Source of the DNA: an uncultured Methylomirabilota bacterium
GTDB taxonomy: Bacteria; Methylomirabilota; Methylomirabilia; Methylomirabilales; 2-02-FULL-66-22
Reading direction: 5' to 3'
Assembly: GCA_963705305.1 (NCBI GenBank)
Contig: OY970067.1
Location: 960,001-1,024,000, forward strand
Length of the DNA: 64,000 nucleotides
The notes beneath the pieces were generated by a model, which saw nothing but the letters and a program-made list of their open reading frames with translations, had not been told where the DNA came from and did not search any database. Each line of letters opens with the position of its first letter. The first letter of the stretch is position 1. Below are positions 38,873 to 48,743 of this stretch, one piece after another. Made by a program: the position numbers and the translations under genes.

Positions 38873-39259
38873 TCAGTGCGCGAGTTCCGGACGCTCTGTC
38901 AGCCGACCCTCCACAAAAGCTTGTATCGCTTCACGAATGTCGGACAGTTCCGTCAGGACCGGACGGATTCCAAGCTCGCGAAGATTCATCAGCATCCCCT
39001 GACCCATACCACCAGCCAAGACCACCTGACAGTCACCGATGCTCGCCAGCATCTGCGCGTGGCGGCCCCGGCTGGCGGGATCGAAGCCGTGGGTCCCCGC
39101 GACAGGCTCGTGCGGCGCGAACGTATGGTGGCCCGCTTTGTCTCGAAGCTCCTGCCCCGTGATCTTCCCATCCTCCACGGTGCAAACGAGATAGTGCTCG
39201 GCTCGCCCGAAGTGCCGGGAGAGCGTCTTGCCATCATCCGTGATCGCGGCGATCTTCAC
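38873..39259 (-). CDS. NifB/NifX (MTH1175/orange-protein-like) family protein
   Basis: SRHFGRA, VLAGGMG; AGGAGG RBS, GTG start. Confidence 0.88.
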   Translation of the reverse strand: MKIAAITDDGKTLSRHFGRAEHYLVCTVEDGKITGQELRDKAGHHTFAPHEPVAGTHGFDPASRGRHAQMLASIGDCQVVLAGGMGQGMLMNLRELGIRPVLTELSDIREAIQAFVEGRLTERPELAH

Positions 39260-39368
39260 TGTTCTCCTCCTTTGCGTCCCATGTATTTCCTTCGCCGCCC
39301 ACACCGGCGGCCAGTTTTCCCTCGACCCCTGTCGCAGTTCCAAATCCATGTCCACACGGAAGCTTAGA

Positions 39369-39383
39369 GCATTCCCGATGCCA
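39369..39383 (-). promoter_or_regulatory. Sigma-54 -24/-12 promoter
   Basis: TGGCATCGGGAATGC (GG-N10-GC). Confidence 0.7.
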
Positions 39384-39512
39384 CAGCCATAGAAAGTCAC
39401 ATCAGGCCCGTAACACATTGGAACAGTGGAATTCATGGGATATTCCCGACGCCCTTGAAATTTCTCTCAGGCTTTTATGATTCGCATTTGCAACCATGAG
39501 TCAAGAATGCAA

Positions 39513-39526
39513 TTGCAATTCTGCAA
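39513..39526. promoter_or_regulatory. Putative enhancer (UAS) palindrome
   Basis: TTGCA-ATTC-TGCAA about 130 bp upstream of the sigma-54 site; same motif at 50111-50124. Confidence 0.6.
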
Positions 39527-39570
39527 CCACAGCATTGACAACGACGATCCACCTTCGATCCTTTTGCATC

Positions 39571-40848
39571 TCACCGCATGAGCAGCGAGGGGAGCCAGAG
39601 GCTGACGGCGGGCACGAAGGTCGCCAGCAGGAGAACGATCAAGTTGCCCACCAGGTACGGTAGGGCACCCCTGAAGATAGTTCCAATCCTAAGCCGTGTG
39701 ATCGAGGAGGCGACGAAAAGGCACATGCCTACCGGTGGAGTGACCAGCCCGATGGCCAGGCCGACGATCAGGATGGCCCCGAACTGAATCGGCGGGACGC
39801 CGAGCGCCTTCATGGCCGGCATGAAGACGGGCGTCAGGAGGATGATGGAAGGGGCCACGTCGACGAAACAGCCGACCAGGAGGATGATCAGGTCGAGGCA
39901 GAGCAGAATGAGGCAGAGCGGCAGGTTCAGACCGAGCAGGAACGAGGCCATCTTTTGTGGGATGTTCTCGAGCGCCAAGATCCAGGTGTAGAGGCCGCTG
40001 AAAGCCGTCACGATCATGACGGTGGCACTGTTCATGATGGAGCTTCGCAGCATCGGTGGAATGTCGCGCAGGGTCAGTCCCCGGAAGACGAGGACCCCCA
40101 CGATGAAGGCGTACAGCACCCCCACACCGGCGGCCTCGGTCGCGGTGGTCAGGCCGATGACGACGGAGCCGACGACGAATACCGGCATCAAGAGCGGAAA
40201 GAATCCATGGCGGAGCCGGACCAGAACATCCGTAGGGGTGAGCCGGACCTCCTCCACGGGATACTTCCGCCGGCTCGAGATCACGGCGGTGATCCCGAAC
40301 TGCAGGAGGCCGATGAGGATCCCCGGGATGGCGCCCGCCAGGAACAGTCGCCCCACGGATTCGGAGGCCACGAAGGCGTAGATCACCATGGGAATGCTGG
40401 GCGGGATGATCATCCCCATGGTCGAGGCGGCCACGGTGATCCCACTGGCAAACTCCCGCGAATAGCCGCGCCGCTCCATCTCGGGAATCAGGACCGCCCC
40501 CACCGAGGCCATGTCCGACACCGACGATCCCGAGATTCCGCCGAAGATCATGCTGGCCAGGACGGTGACCATGCCCAGGCCGCCGCGCAGCCGCCCCACG
40601 AAGAGCATGCTGAAATCGATGAGCCGCGAGGTGAGCCTGCCGGCGTTCATCATCAGGCCCATGAGGACGAACAGGGGGAGGGCGATCATGACCTCGGCGT
40701 CCATGCCCGAGAACACCCGCTGGGGGAGGATCAGCATCAACTCCGGCCGCACGCCGAGGAAGTAGAGGAAGGACGAAAGGCCCAGCGCGTACGCGACGGG
40801 GATGCCGGCCAGCAGGAACACCCCCAGGCTTCCCAGCAGAATGGTCAT
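39571..40848 (-). CDS. dctM: TRAP transporter large permease
   Basis: FGGISGSSVSD, IIPPSIPMVIY, GLVTPPVG. Confidence 0.95.
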   Translation of the reverse strand: MTILLGSLGVFLLAGIPVAYALGLSSFLYFLGVRPELMLILPQRVFSGMDAEVMIALPLFVLMGLMMNAGRLTSRLIDFSMLFVGRLRGGLGMVTVLASMIFGGISGSSVSDMASVGAVLIPEMERRGYSREFASGITVAASTMGMIIPPSIPMVIYAFVASESVGRLFLAGAIPGILIGLLQFGITAVISSRRKYPVEEVRLTPTDVLVRLRHGFFPLLMPVFVVGSVVIGLTTATEAAGVGVLYAFIVGVLVFRGLTLRDIPPMLRSSIMNSATVMIVTAFSGLYTWILALENIPQKMASFLLGLNLPLCLILLCLDLIILLVGCFVDVAPSIILLTPVFMPAMKALGVPPIQFGAILIVGLAIGLVTPPVGMCLFVASSITRLRIGTIFRGALPYLVGNLIVLLLATFVPAVSLWLPSLLMR

Positions 40849-41333
40849 GCCGGCTCCCTTCGCGCACTCTCGTCCCGGCAGGAAATCCCCAGCATGCGAA
40901 AAATCGCATACACGCACACCAGGCCGCAGCCGATGGGCAAGCTGACGAGGACCAGTCCCTGCGGGACGCGGAGGACGGGGGACGGGAAATACCCGACGGA
41001 CTGAATCCACGGAATGCTCAGAGCAACCAGCGCCCCGTTGAGGAAAGCCACGAGCAGGTGGCCGGCCCGCTCCACCCACCGCCGGAGGCGACCCGGCCAG
41101 AGATCCAGGAGAACCCGAATGGTGATCTGCTCGTCCTTGGCGAGGGCCACGGCGGCGCCGATGGCCGTCGTATAGATGAAACAGAACGAGATGAACTCCT
41201 GACCGCCGATGATGGTCGTCCCGAAAAAATAGCGGAGGATGACCAGGAGGATGACCAGCGCGGCGATTAGCAGGAACAGCCAGGAGATCGCCGCCTCGAT
41301 GGTCTCCGTGATGCGCGGAATCAATGATCGCAT
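40845..41333 (-). CDS. dctQ: TRAP transporter small permease
   Basis: 4 TM, VILRYFF; between dctP and dctM. Confidence 0.88.
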   Translation of the reverse strand: MRSLIPRITETIEAAISWLFLLIAALVILLVILRYFFGTTIIGGQEFISFCFIYTTAIGAAVALAKDEQITIRVLLDLWPGRLRRWVERAGHLLVAFLNGALVALSIPWIQSVGYFPSPVLRVPQGLVLVSLPIGCGLVCVYAIFRMLGISCRDESARREPA

Positions 41334-41411
41334 GTTTTCTCGTCCGGAGGAGGCGGCGCCGCGACCGAAGGGTGCCGACCGCAGCGCCGCCTGGAGGTCA
41401 CGGGAGGGATG

Positions 41412-42431
41412 TTACTTTTTTATGATTTCCAGGGCCTCGTTGACCTCGGACCGGGAGAAATAGCCGTCCGTGATGTAATGCTCCCACACGGGCTTCACCT
41501 TCTCAACGAAAAGCTTGTGGTTCTCCGGCGATATGGAATTGGTCTGGAGCTTCTGGCTCAGGAACTTGAAATAATCCTTTTCGGAATCCAGCCAGATCTG
41601 GTCGCTGTACGCCATGGCCGCCTTGGCGGTCTCGGTGAAGACCGCCTTGAGATCGTTGGGCAGGCTCTCGAACCAGGCCAGGCTGACGAACATCGGATCG
41701 GGGTGGATCTGGTAGTTCACCTCCGTGAGGTACTTCTGCACTTCGTAGAATTTCATCTCCGCGATGTTCGAGCAGGGATTCTCCTCGCCGTCCACGACAT
41801 TCGTCTTCAAGGCCATGTAGGTCTCGGTATAGGGCACCTGCTGGGGGCTGGCTCCGAGTGCGGTCATGGTCCGGATGATGGAGTCGATGGGTGGGGTCCG
41901 CATCTTCAGGCCCTTCATGTCTTCCGGCGAGGTGACGGGACGGACATTGTTGGTGAATTGGCGGAATCCGCCAGCCACTCCTGTGGCCGGAACATAGAAT
42001 CCGTTGGCCCGGGCGCCGGCATTGATCTGGTCCCCGAAGCTGCTCCGGATAAGCTTCTTGGCCTGCTCAACATTGGAAAAGAGGAACGGCAGGGTGTAGA
42101 GCAGGAACTTCTTGTTCGCCCGCTCGAAGAGGGCGCCGCGAGTGCCCTGGAGAGTCCCCACTTTCACCATGTCCATCAATTCGGACTCTTTTCCCAGGAC
42201 TCCACCCGCGTATAACTCAACCTTGATCTGCCCGTGGGAGGCCGCCTCCAGCTTTTCCTTGAAGAATTCCATCGACTTTTGTCGAGGGTGGGTCGCCGGT
42301 TGCGCATGGGCGAACTTGAAAGTGAACGTCGCCGCCGACACGGGCGTCTCGAGAGGGGTCCAGCCGATCAGCCCGACGGCGACGGCCAGAACGAACAGGA
42401 TTGCCGGCCGAAATCCCCTTTTCACTCTCAT
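41412..42431 (-). CDS. dctP: TRAP transporter substrate-binding protein
   Basis: Signal peptide, DMKGLKMR, VVDGEENP, FYEVQKY. Confidence 0.95.
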   Translation of the reverse strand: MRVKRGFRPAILFVLAVAVGLIGWTPLETPVSAATFTFKFAHAQPATHPRQKSMEFFKEKLEAASHGQIKVELYAGGVLGKESELMDMVKVGTLQGTRGALFERANKKFLLYTLPFLFSNVEQAKKLIRSSFGDQINAGARANGFYVPATGVAGGFRQFTNNVRPVTSPEDMKGLKMRTPPIDSIIRTMTALGASPQQVPYTETYMALKTNVVDGEENPCSNIAEMKFYEVQKYLTEVNYQIHPDPMFVSLAWFESLPNDLKAVFTETAKAAMAYSDQIWLDSEKDYFKFLSQKLQTNSISPENHKLFVEKVKPVWEHYITDGYFSRSEVNEALEIIKK

Positions 42432-42525
42432 TGCGGTTCCCCCTTTCCTTGACTGTCACTCATTGCAGAATTGCGCTCCGAACGAGATAGGCCAACGAGA
42501 CGGCGAGGTCGCCTCCCGGCGCGAC

Positions 42526-42972
42526 TCAATCGTAGGCCAGCCGCGTAGCCTCGTCGCACAGCGTGGGCTCGAGGAGCGGCTGCCACTCCGCCGCGCTCCA
42601 CGTCTTCAGCTCCATGTGGGTCCGGTAATATTTCTGCGGAATGGGGTGCGTCCCCACCACCACGGGCAGGCCGTATTTCGATTCGATGAATGCCTTGAAG
42701 CTCGGAAGATACGGGCATGGCGGATAGCCCACGACGAGGCCCGTGGCCAGATGGATGACCGTGGCCCCGTTCTTTACCATCTCTTCGGGCGCGTACTCAA
42801 TATTGCCGCCGGGGCACCCGGCGCAAGTGGTGTACCCTACCAGCTGGACGTCGCGCCCCCGGTAGCGGCCGAACGCCCCCTCCCGGTTGTGCAGCGCCCG
42901 GAGGCACTTTCCTCCCGCACAGGTGCGATAGCGGTCGCAGATGACAATTCCGATCCGGACTGGCTCCTGCAT
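42526..42972 (-). CDS. CGGC domain protein
   Basis: CAGGKC, TTCAGCPG, HLATG, PPCP, VVGTH. Confidence 0.9.
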   Translation of the reverse strand: MQEPVRIGIVICDRYRTCAGGKCLRALHNREGAFGRYRGRDVQLVGYTTCAGCPGGNIEYAPEEMVKNGATVIHLATGLVVGYPPCPYLPSFKAFIESKYGLPVVVGTHPIPQKYYRTHMELKTWSAAEWQPLLEPTLCDEATRLAYD

Positions 42973-43162
42973 GGCGTCCCTTTCATCGGCGGCGGGACCT
43001 CCGCCGTCCCACCAGATTCATTGACACCGCCACACCTGTCGGTGGTCCGCTAGCAACAAGGCATCACCACGAGTCTGGCATGGCCGCGGGCGCGGCTGGG
43101 GCGTTCATGAACAATCAGACTCCGCGAACGGGCACCTCGAGGCGGCCGGTTCCGGCCGACGC

Positions 43163-44059
43163 TTACCCCGTGACCCCCAGCAACGTTCGAATGCGCCCCC
43201 AAACTTCGCGAATCGCGCGCGCCGCCTCACCACCGCCATTCAACTCCACCACGCTCCGCCGCTGCTCCTGGGCATCCAGGAATTCCGGGGCGTAGGGGAT
43301 CCGCCCCACGAACGGGACACCGCGCTCCCGGCACCAGTCCTCGATCGCCCTCCCCACTTCCTCGTTGAGGTCCGCCTTGTTGAGGCAGACCGCCAGGGGA
43401 ACCGTAAAATGCGCAGCCAGAGCGGCCAGGCGTTTGAGATCCTCCCGGCCGGCGCAGGTCGGCTCCGTCACGGCCAGGGCCAGGTCCGCTCCCCCCAGCG
43501 AGGCGATGACCGGACAGCCGACGCCTGGAGGGCCGTCCAGCAATACCAGTGGAAACTCCCGCGCTGCTGCCACGTTCCTGGCCTCGTTCCGGACCAGCGT
43601 CACCAGCTTCCCCGAGTTCTCGCCGCCGGGCGCGAGCCGGGCATGCACCATGGGCCCGTGGCGTGTCTCGGACAGGTACCACTCGCCGCTCCGAACCGGC
43701 TCGATCTCGATCGCCTGCTGCGGACAGACGTGGCGGCAGACCCCGCAGCCTTCGCAGGCCAGGGGATCCACCCGGTACACCCGCCTCTTCGGCGCCCTCT
43801 CGCTGCAACGGATGGCGTCGAACCGGCACGCCTCGGCGCAGATCCCGCAGGCCATGCATCGATCCGGGAGGATCCGCGCCTTGTGCCCTCCCCAGAACTC
43901 CTCCCGGCGGATACCCTTCGGCTCCACCACCAGAGGGAGATTTGACGCGTCCACATCCCCATCGGCCAGGGCTGTCTCGCCGGCCAGCGCCGCCAGGGCG
44001 GCCACCAGGCTGGTTTTCCCGGTCCCGCCCTTTCCGCTCAGCACGACCAGTTCCTTCAT
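43163..44059 (-). CDS. MinD-superfamily P-loop ATPase with inserted 2x[4Fe-4S] domain
   Basis: SGKGGTGKT, CMACGICAEAC, CEGCGVC, DGPPGVGCP. Confidence 0.92.
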   Translation of the reverse strand: MKELVVLSGKGGTGKTSLVAALAALAGETALADGDVDASNLPLVVEPKGIRREEFWGGHKARILPDRCMACGICAEACRFDAIRCSERAPKRRVYRVDPLACEGCGVCRHVCPQQAIEIEPVRSGEWYLSETRHGPMVHARLAPGGENSGKLVTLVRNEARNVAAAREFPLVLLDGPPGVGCPVIASLGGADLALAVTEPTCAGREDLKRLAALAAHFTVPLAVCLNKADLNEEVGRAIEDWCRERGVPFVGRIPYAPEFLDAQEQRRSVVELNGGGEAARAIREVWGRIRTLLGVTG

Positions 44060-44904
44060 GCCGGGACCCAGCAATCAATCGCGGCCAGGAGCTGCCGCAT
44101 CCGGGCGGCGTATTCGGGAAGCGACCGCATGGCCAGCTCACCCCGGGAATAGGCCTCCGCAACGCGTCGGTCCTCGGGAATCTCCAGCGCGATCGAAATC
44201 CCCTGCTCTCGACAGTAGCGGCGCACGGCATTTCCACCCCGCCCCGTCCGGTTGAGGACGACGGCATGCCGGAGGCCCATATCACGGATGGCCTCCACGG
44301 CCAGCGTGAGATCGTGCAGGCCAAAGGGGGTCGGCTCGGTCACCAGGAGGACCAGATCGGCGTCCCGGACCGCCTCCACCATGGGGCAGGCAGTCCCCGG
44401 CGGCGCATCGAGGATGGCCAGTCCCGTATCTGGCATCCGGGCCTTCACCGCCTGGATCACGGGCGGGGCGCTGGGTTGGCCCACCCGCAGCCGCCCCTGG
44501 ACGAAGTGGACCCTGCCTGCCTGCCCTTCCTCGACCTCGCCGATCTCTTGGGGGATCTCCCCGATGGCCTTCTCGGGGCACACCAGCCGGCACCCCCCGC
44601 ACCCATGGCACAACTCGGGAAAGGTGAGCACGGCCTTCCCCAGGCAGACGATCGCATGGAACTGGCAGAACTCGCCGCAGCGCCCGCAGTGCGTGCACCG
44701 ACTCTCGTCCACAACGGGGCGGCTGACCGTCACCGCGTCCCGGCGACTGATGGCGGGGTGCAGGAACAGGTGCGCGTTCGGTGCCTCCACATCACAGTCG
44801 AGACACGTCACCGCCTGCCCAGACTCGGCGGCGGTGATGGCCAGATTGGTGGCGACGATGGTCTTGCCCGTCCCGCCCTTGCCGCTGGCCACGGCGATCC
44901 GCAT
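44056..44904 (-). CDS. MinD-superfamily P-loop ATPase with inserted 2x[4Fe-4S] domain
   Basis: ASGKGGTGKT, CTHCGRCGEFC, CHGCGGC, EPTPFGLHDL. Confidence 0.92.
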   Translation of the reverse strand: MRIAVASGKGGTGKTIVATNLAITAAESGQAVTCLDCDVEAPNAHLFLHPAISRRDAVTVSRPVVDESRCTHCGRCGEFCQFHAIVCLGKAVLTFPELCHGCGGCRLVCPEKAIGEIPQEIGEVEEGQAGRVHFVQGRLRVGQPSAPPVIQAVKARMPDTGLAILDAPPGTACPMVEAVRDADLVLLVTEPTPFGLHDLTLAVEAIRDMGLRHAVVLNRTGRGGNAVRRYCREQGISIALEIPEDRRVAEAYSRGELAMRSLPEYAARMRQLLAAIDCWVPA

Positions 44905-45017
44905 GACTCCGTTCCGCTCGCGCACCCTGGATGCCTTTCGGACCGTGCTCCGCTTCCTGGCCCTGCCTGGCTCCGACGAGAGTCGTCCCGGCCCGGCGCC
45001 GCTTGCATCGTCGCAGG

Positions 45018-45734
45018 CTACTGCTCCATGGACGGCTTCCAGACCTTCCACACGTTGCCGACCAGATCCGGACCGGGCGTCAAGGTCGGCTGCCCAGGCA
45101 CCCAGCCGGCCGGCGTGGCCTCCTTGCCGGCCGACGCCCGCACACGCTGGTAGGCCTGGACCTGTCGAACCGTCTCGGCGAACTTCCGGCCCACGGGTGG
45201 CGTCAAAAGCTCCATGGCCTGGATGACGCCGTCCGGATCGATGATGAATCGGCCCCTGAGCTCGATCCCCTGGGCCTCGTCATAGACCCCGTACGCCCGT
45301 CCCACATTGCCGGCCTGATCCGAGGCCATGTGGAAGGGAATGCCGCCCTCCACCATCTTCACGAGCTCGTGATCGTTCCACATCTTGTGGACGAAGTGGC
45401 TGTCCACGCTGACGGAGATCACCTCCACGCCCAGTTTTTGCAGCTCGGCGTACTTGTCGGCGACCGCCGACACTTCCGTCGCTCAGACGAAGGTGAAGTC
45501 CCCAGGGTAGAAGCACACCAGAACCCACTTGCCCAGATAATCGGAGAGCTTGACAGCTGTGAAGCCGCCTCGGTAGTACGCCGGGGCGGTGAACTCGGGG
45601 GCTTTCTGTCCGACGCGCGCGGCCACGGTTGCCTCCTTCTTCTCGCTGTGGGTTTCAGTAGGATGCGCGTCCCCGGCCTCCTGGCCGGCGATCGTTCCGG
45701 TCACACGGGCACAGCCTTGCGGTTGTTCCGCCAT
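45018..45734 (-). CDS. prxU: Selenocysteine-containing peroxiredoxin
   Basis: [11 protein letters not shown](45485-45483)-ATEVSAV in frame at the peroxidatic position; downstream hairpin TGTCGGC-GGTC-GCCGACA. Confidence 0.9.
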
Positions 45735-45770
45735 ACGACCTCCTTTCCGGAGCGGATGCTCCGCGCCGCC

Positions 45771-47123
45771 CTATGGCCGATCAGCCGGCGAGCCGGCACT
45801 CGCCTGGATGTTCGGCTCGGTCTCCGTCGCCCCTGTCCTCCGCGGCTCCTCGCTCTCGCCGAGCCGGGCGATGATCGTGCGCATGATGACCGCCGTCGGG
45901 GAATCAGCGTAAGAGGCGACGAACGCCCGTCCTTCGTCGCAGGCCTCGGCGATCCTCGGGTCCATGGGAATGGAACCGAGAAACGGGACCTGCATATCCA
46001 GGGCGATTTGCTGCCCGCCGCCGGACCGTAACACGGGCGTGACCTCGCCGCAGCGCGGGCAGGTGAATCCGCTCATATTCTCCACAACGCCCAGCACCGG
46101 GACCCCGACCTGCCGGCAGAAGGAGATGGCCTTCCGCACGTCCACGGCCGCTACCCGCTGTGGGGTGGTGACCACCACCGCGCCGTCCACCCTGCCCAGC
46201 AGTTGGCAGACGGACAGCGGCTCGTCGCCGGTGCCCGGCGGGGAGTCGACCACCAGGTCGTCGAGATCTCCCCAGGCCACGTCCTGGAGGAACTGCTTGA
46301 TGGCCTTCATCTTCATGGGTCCCCGCCAGATCACGGCTTCGTCGGGGTTGCGCAGGAAGAAGCCGAGCGAGAACACCTTCAGCCCTCCCGCCTCCACGGG
46401 CAGGAGCTCCTCCCCCACCGCCTGGACGCTGGCCCCCTCCAAACCGAGCATGGTGGGCACGCTGGGTCCGTGGATGTCCACGTCCAGCAAGCCGACTTTT
46501 CTGCCGGACAGCATCAGGGCCACGGCCAGGTTGACCGCCACCGTGCTCTTGCCGACGCCTCCTTTACCCGAGAGCACCAGGATCTTTCGGTGGATTCGGC
46601 AGAGTCGCGCCTGAAGCCGCCGGCGCTCCTCGAACTCTTCCCTGCTTTCGTTGGCCAGCCGCTGGTGTGCCGGGCACGCCGCATCGCTGCAGGTGTCGCA
46701 AGCCTGCCGGCCTTCAGAAGCTCCCATCTGCTCCCCTTTCGTCGCGCGCCGGACGAAATCCTCGCAGGCAGCCTTCAACGTATTGGCCGCCAGCAGGGCG
46801 CAATGCTCGACGTCCGGCGGAAGCCCGCCGAGGGCGTCCAGGATTTCGGGCTGGCCGATTGCAGCCACGCGATCAACGCTCTGGCCCTCTGCCAGACAGG
46901 TGGCCATGCTGCCGCATGCGTGCGACGGCCCGCAGCCGTCGGTCACAAACGCAGCCTTCTCAACCTTCCCTCCGCGGACCACCAGCCAGAACTCCATCGT
47001 ATCCCCGCAGGGTCCGGTGATCCTGGCATGGCCGTCAAACGCGGCCAGCGGGCTATTGTTTCGCGGGTACTGTGCATGCTCGATCAGCGCCGGCGAGATA
47101 GCCGGCGCACCCTGACCCTCCAA
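45771..47123 (-). CDS. NifU/IscU-like scaffold fused to Mrp/NBP35 Fe-S carrier ATPase
   Basis: GPCGD, DGCG, EHCA then SGKGGVGKST, DSPPGTGD, ENMSGFTCPRC; TTG start with GGAGGA. Confidence 0.88.
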   Translation of the reverse strand: MEGQGAPAISPALIEHAQYPRNNSPLAAFDGHARITGPCGDTMEFWLVVRGGKVEKAAFVTDGCGPSHACGSMATCLAEGQSVDRVAAIGQPEILDALGGLPPDVEHCALLAANTLKAACEDFVRRATKGEQMGASEGRQACDTCSDAACPAHQRLANESREEFEERRRLQARLCRIHRKILVLSGKGGVGKSTVAVNLAVALMLSGRKVGLLDVDIHGPSVPTMLGLEGASVQAVGEELLPVEAGGLKVFSLGFFLRNPDEAVIWRGPMKMKAIKQFLQDVAWGDLDDLVVDSPPGTGDEPLSVCQLLGRVDGAVVVTTPQRVAAVDVRKAISFCRQVGVPVLGVVENMSGFTCPRCGEVTPVLRSGGGQQIALDMQVPFLGSIPMDPRIAEACDEGRAFVASYADSPTAVIMRTIIARLGESEEPRRTGATETEPNIQASAGSPADRP

Positions 47124-47173
47124 GGCTGTCCTCCATTCCCCCCTGTTCTTACCGATGAATCCCGGGCCCGGCG

Positions 47174-48121
47174 TTATGTCTTCACCGCCTCGTAGAAGAC
47201 GGCCCCCTCTTTCCGCAAAGGGGCCACTTTCCCCTGCCTGCTGAGCGCATCCAGTCGCTTGGCGACCTCTCCGATGTGGAGCCCGAGCCCCTCCGAAACG
47301 CCCCAGGCCGTGCAGGGCCGGCGCTGCAGGAGCGCCAGGATGTCGAGGTCCGTCGCGGCTCCGGAGGGTGCGATTTCTGAGGCCCCGGCTCGTTCCTCGC
47401 CGATGACCTCTGCACGTCCGGTGAACAGTCTCGTGAAGGCCGCCATCCGCTCCGGGGGAACCGCGGCGGCGAACGCCTCGCAGGGCGGACGCGTGACCGT
47501 GTTGAGCTGCAGCCGGTCGGGGTGGATCCGCGCGGCGATAGCAGCGATCTTCTCGACCTCGGGCTGGATCCCCGTGATGCCAGCCAGTAGCATGACCTCC
47601 AGCCATATCGGCTTGGCGAAACGGCTGCGGAATGCGGTCAAGCCCTCCACCACCCGGTCGAACCCGATCTCCTCGTGGGGGCGGTTGACCAACCGGAACA
47701 GCGCCGCATCGCCGGCGTCCAGCGAGGGAAGGACCAGGTCGGCCTCCAGCAGCGCGTCCTGGACGTCGCTCATCCAGAGGAGCGCGCCGTTGGTCAGGAC
47801 CGCCACCGGGGCGCGCGTCAGGGACTTGATCCCTGCGATCAGGTCGCCTATCCGGGCGTTGAGGGTCGGCTCTCCCGATCCTGCCAGGCTCACGTAGTCC
47901 GGCAGCGGCCCCGTTCGCAGCCTGGATGCCAGCTGGCCCAGAATGTCGTCCACGGGCACGTACTCGCGCCGCTGGATCGTCTTGTTGGTGGTCCGGCCCA
48001 GCTGGCAGTAGACGCAGTCGTAGGTGCACGTTTTGAATGGCACCAGATCCACGCCCAGCGAGCGGCCCAAGCGCTTGGAGGGAACCGGCCCATAGACGTA
48101 CTGGCGCTCACCGCCGGTCAA
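47174..48121 (-). CDS. Radical SAM protein (Tyw1-like, uncharacterised)
   Basis: YGPVPSKRLGRSLG, CTYDCVYC, GSGEPTL. Confidence 0.9.
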   Translation of the reverse strand: MTGGERQYVYGPVPSKRLGRSLGVDLVPFKTCTYDCVYCQLGRTTNKTIQRREYVPVDDILGQLASRLRTGPLPDYVSLAGSGEPTLNARIGDLIAGIKSLTRAPVAVLTNGALLWMSDVQDALLEADLVLPSLDAGDAALFRLVNRPHEEIGFDRVVEGLTAFRSRFAKPIWLEVMLLAGITGIQPEVEKIAAIAARIHPDRLQLNTVTRPPCEAFAAAVPPERMAAFTRLFTGRAEVIGEERAGASEIAPSGAATDLDILALLQRRPCTAWGVSEGLGLHIGEVAKRLDALSRQGKVAPLRKEGAVFYEAVKT

Positions 48122-48384
48122 GGCTCCTCCCCGCACGGCGGCCGGTGGCACCGCTCCTGGCGCCCGCAGCAGGTCACGCCTTCCCGCTCCCTGGCACAGC
48201 CACCCCCGCGCGGCCCTCCCCCGCCCCGGCCGGCCTCCTTGAGAATGAATCCGGCCCCGCCGCTGAGCAGGCGCTGCACCTCGCCGTGGCAGTCCGGACA
48301 CTCTGCAAGCGGGGCCACCGTGATGGCCTGCCGGCGCTCGAACCGGCGGCCGCAGGCCGTGCACTCGTACTCGTACGTCGGCAT
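48118..48384 (-). CDS. FmdB-family zinc-ribbon protein with extra Cys-rich tail
   Basis: MPTYEYECTAC...CPDC; C-terminal TCCG..C..PC. Confidence 0.85.
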   Translation of the reverse strand: MPTYEYECTACGRRFERRQAITVAPLAECPDCHGEVQRLLSGGAGFILKEAGRGGGGPRGGGCAREREGVTCCGRQERCHRPPCGEEP

Positions 48385-48428
48385 ATCTCGCCTCCGGCCC
48401 GCTCGCCTCTCCTCCATGGCATCCTGGA

Positions 48429-48650
48429 TCAGCGCTGGCGGGTCATGGTCGCCCCGCAGGCGGGGCAAGTCATCTGCAGGCAGGGAACCCCCTGCTGGTG
48501 GGGTGCAGTCTTCCCGCACTTGGGACAGACGCACCCACCGCCCGGTCCGGACGCGAAGCCGCCCTGTCGCCCGCGGCCGCCGCCGCGTCCCTTTCCTCGA
48601 CCCGTTCCCTGGCCTTGTCCCGTGGGTCCGGTTCCGTCTCCGCGTGGCAT
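48429..48650 (-). CDS. Small Gly/Arg-rich protein with Cys cluster (DUF5320-like N-terminus)
   Basis: MPRGDGTGP; CVCPKCG..GVPC..CPACG. Confidence 0.8.
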   Translation of the reverse strand: MPRGDGTGPTGQGQGTGRGKGRGGGRGRQGGFASGPGGGCVCPKCGKTAPHQQGVPCLQMTCPACGATMTRQR

Positions 48651-48743
48651 GTCTCTTTCCTCCTCTAACCGTTGGAGCGGTCGAGGCTTCTTCGACCGGA
48701 ACCGGAGGAGGCTCTGTGCCTCCCCCGGCCTGCCTCGATCCGG

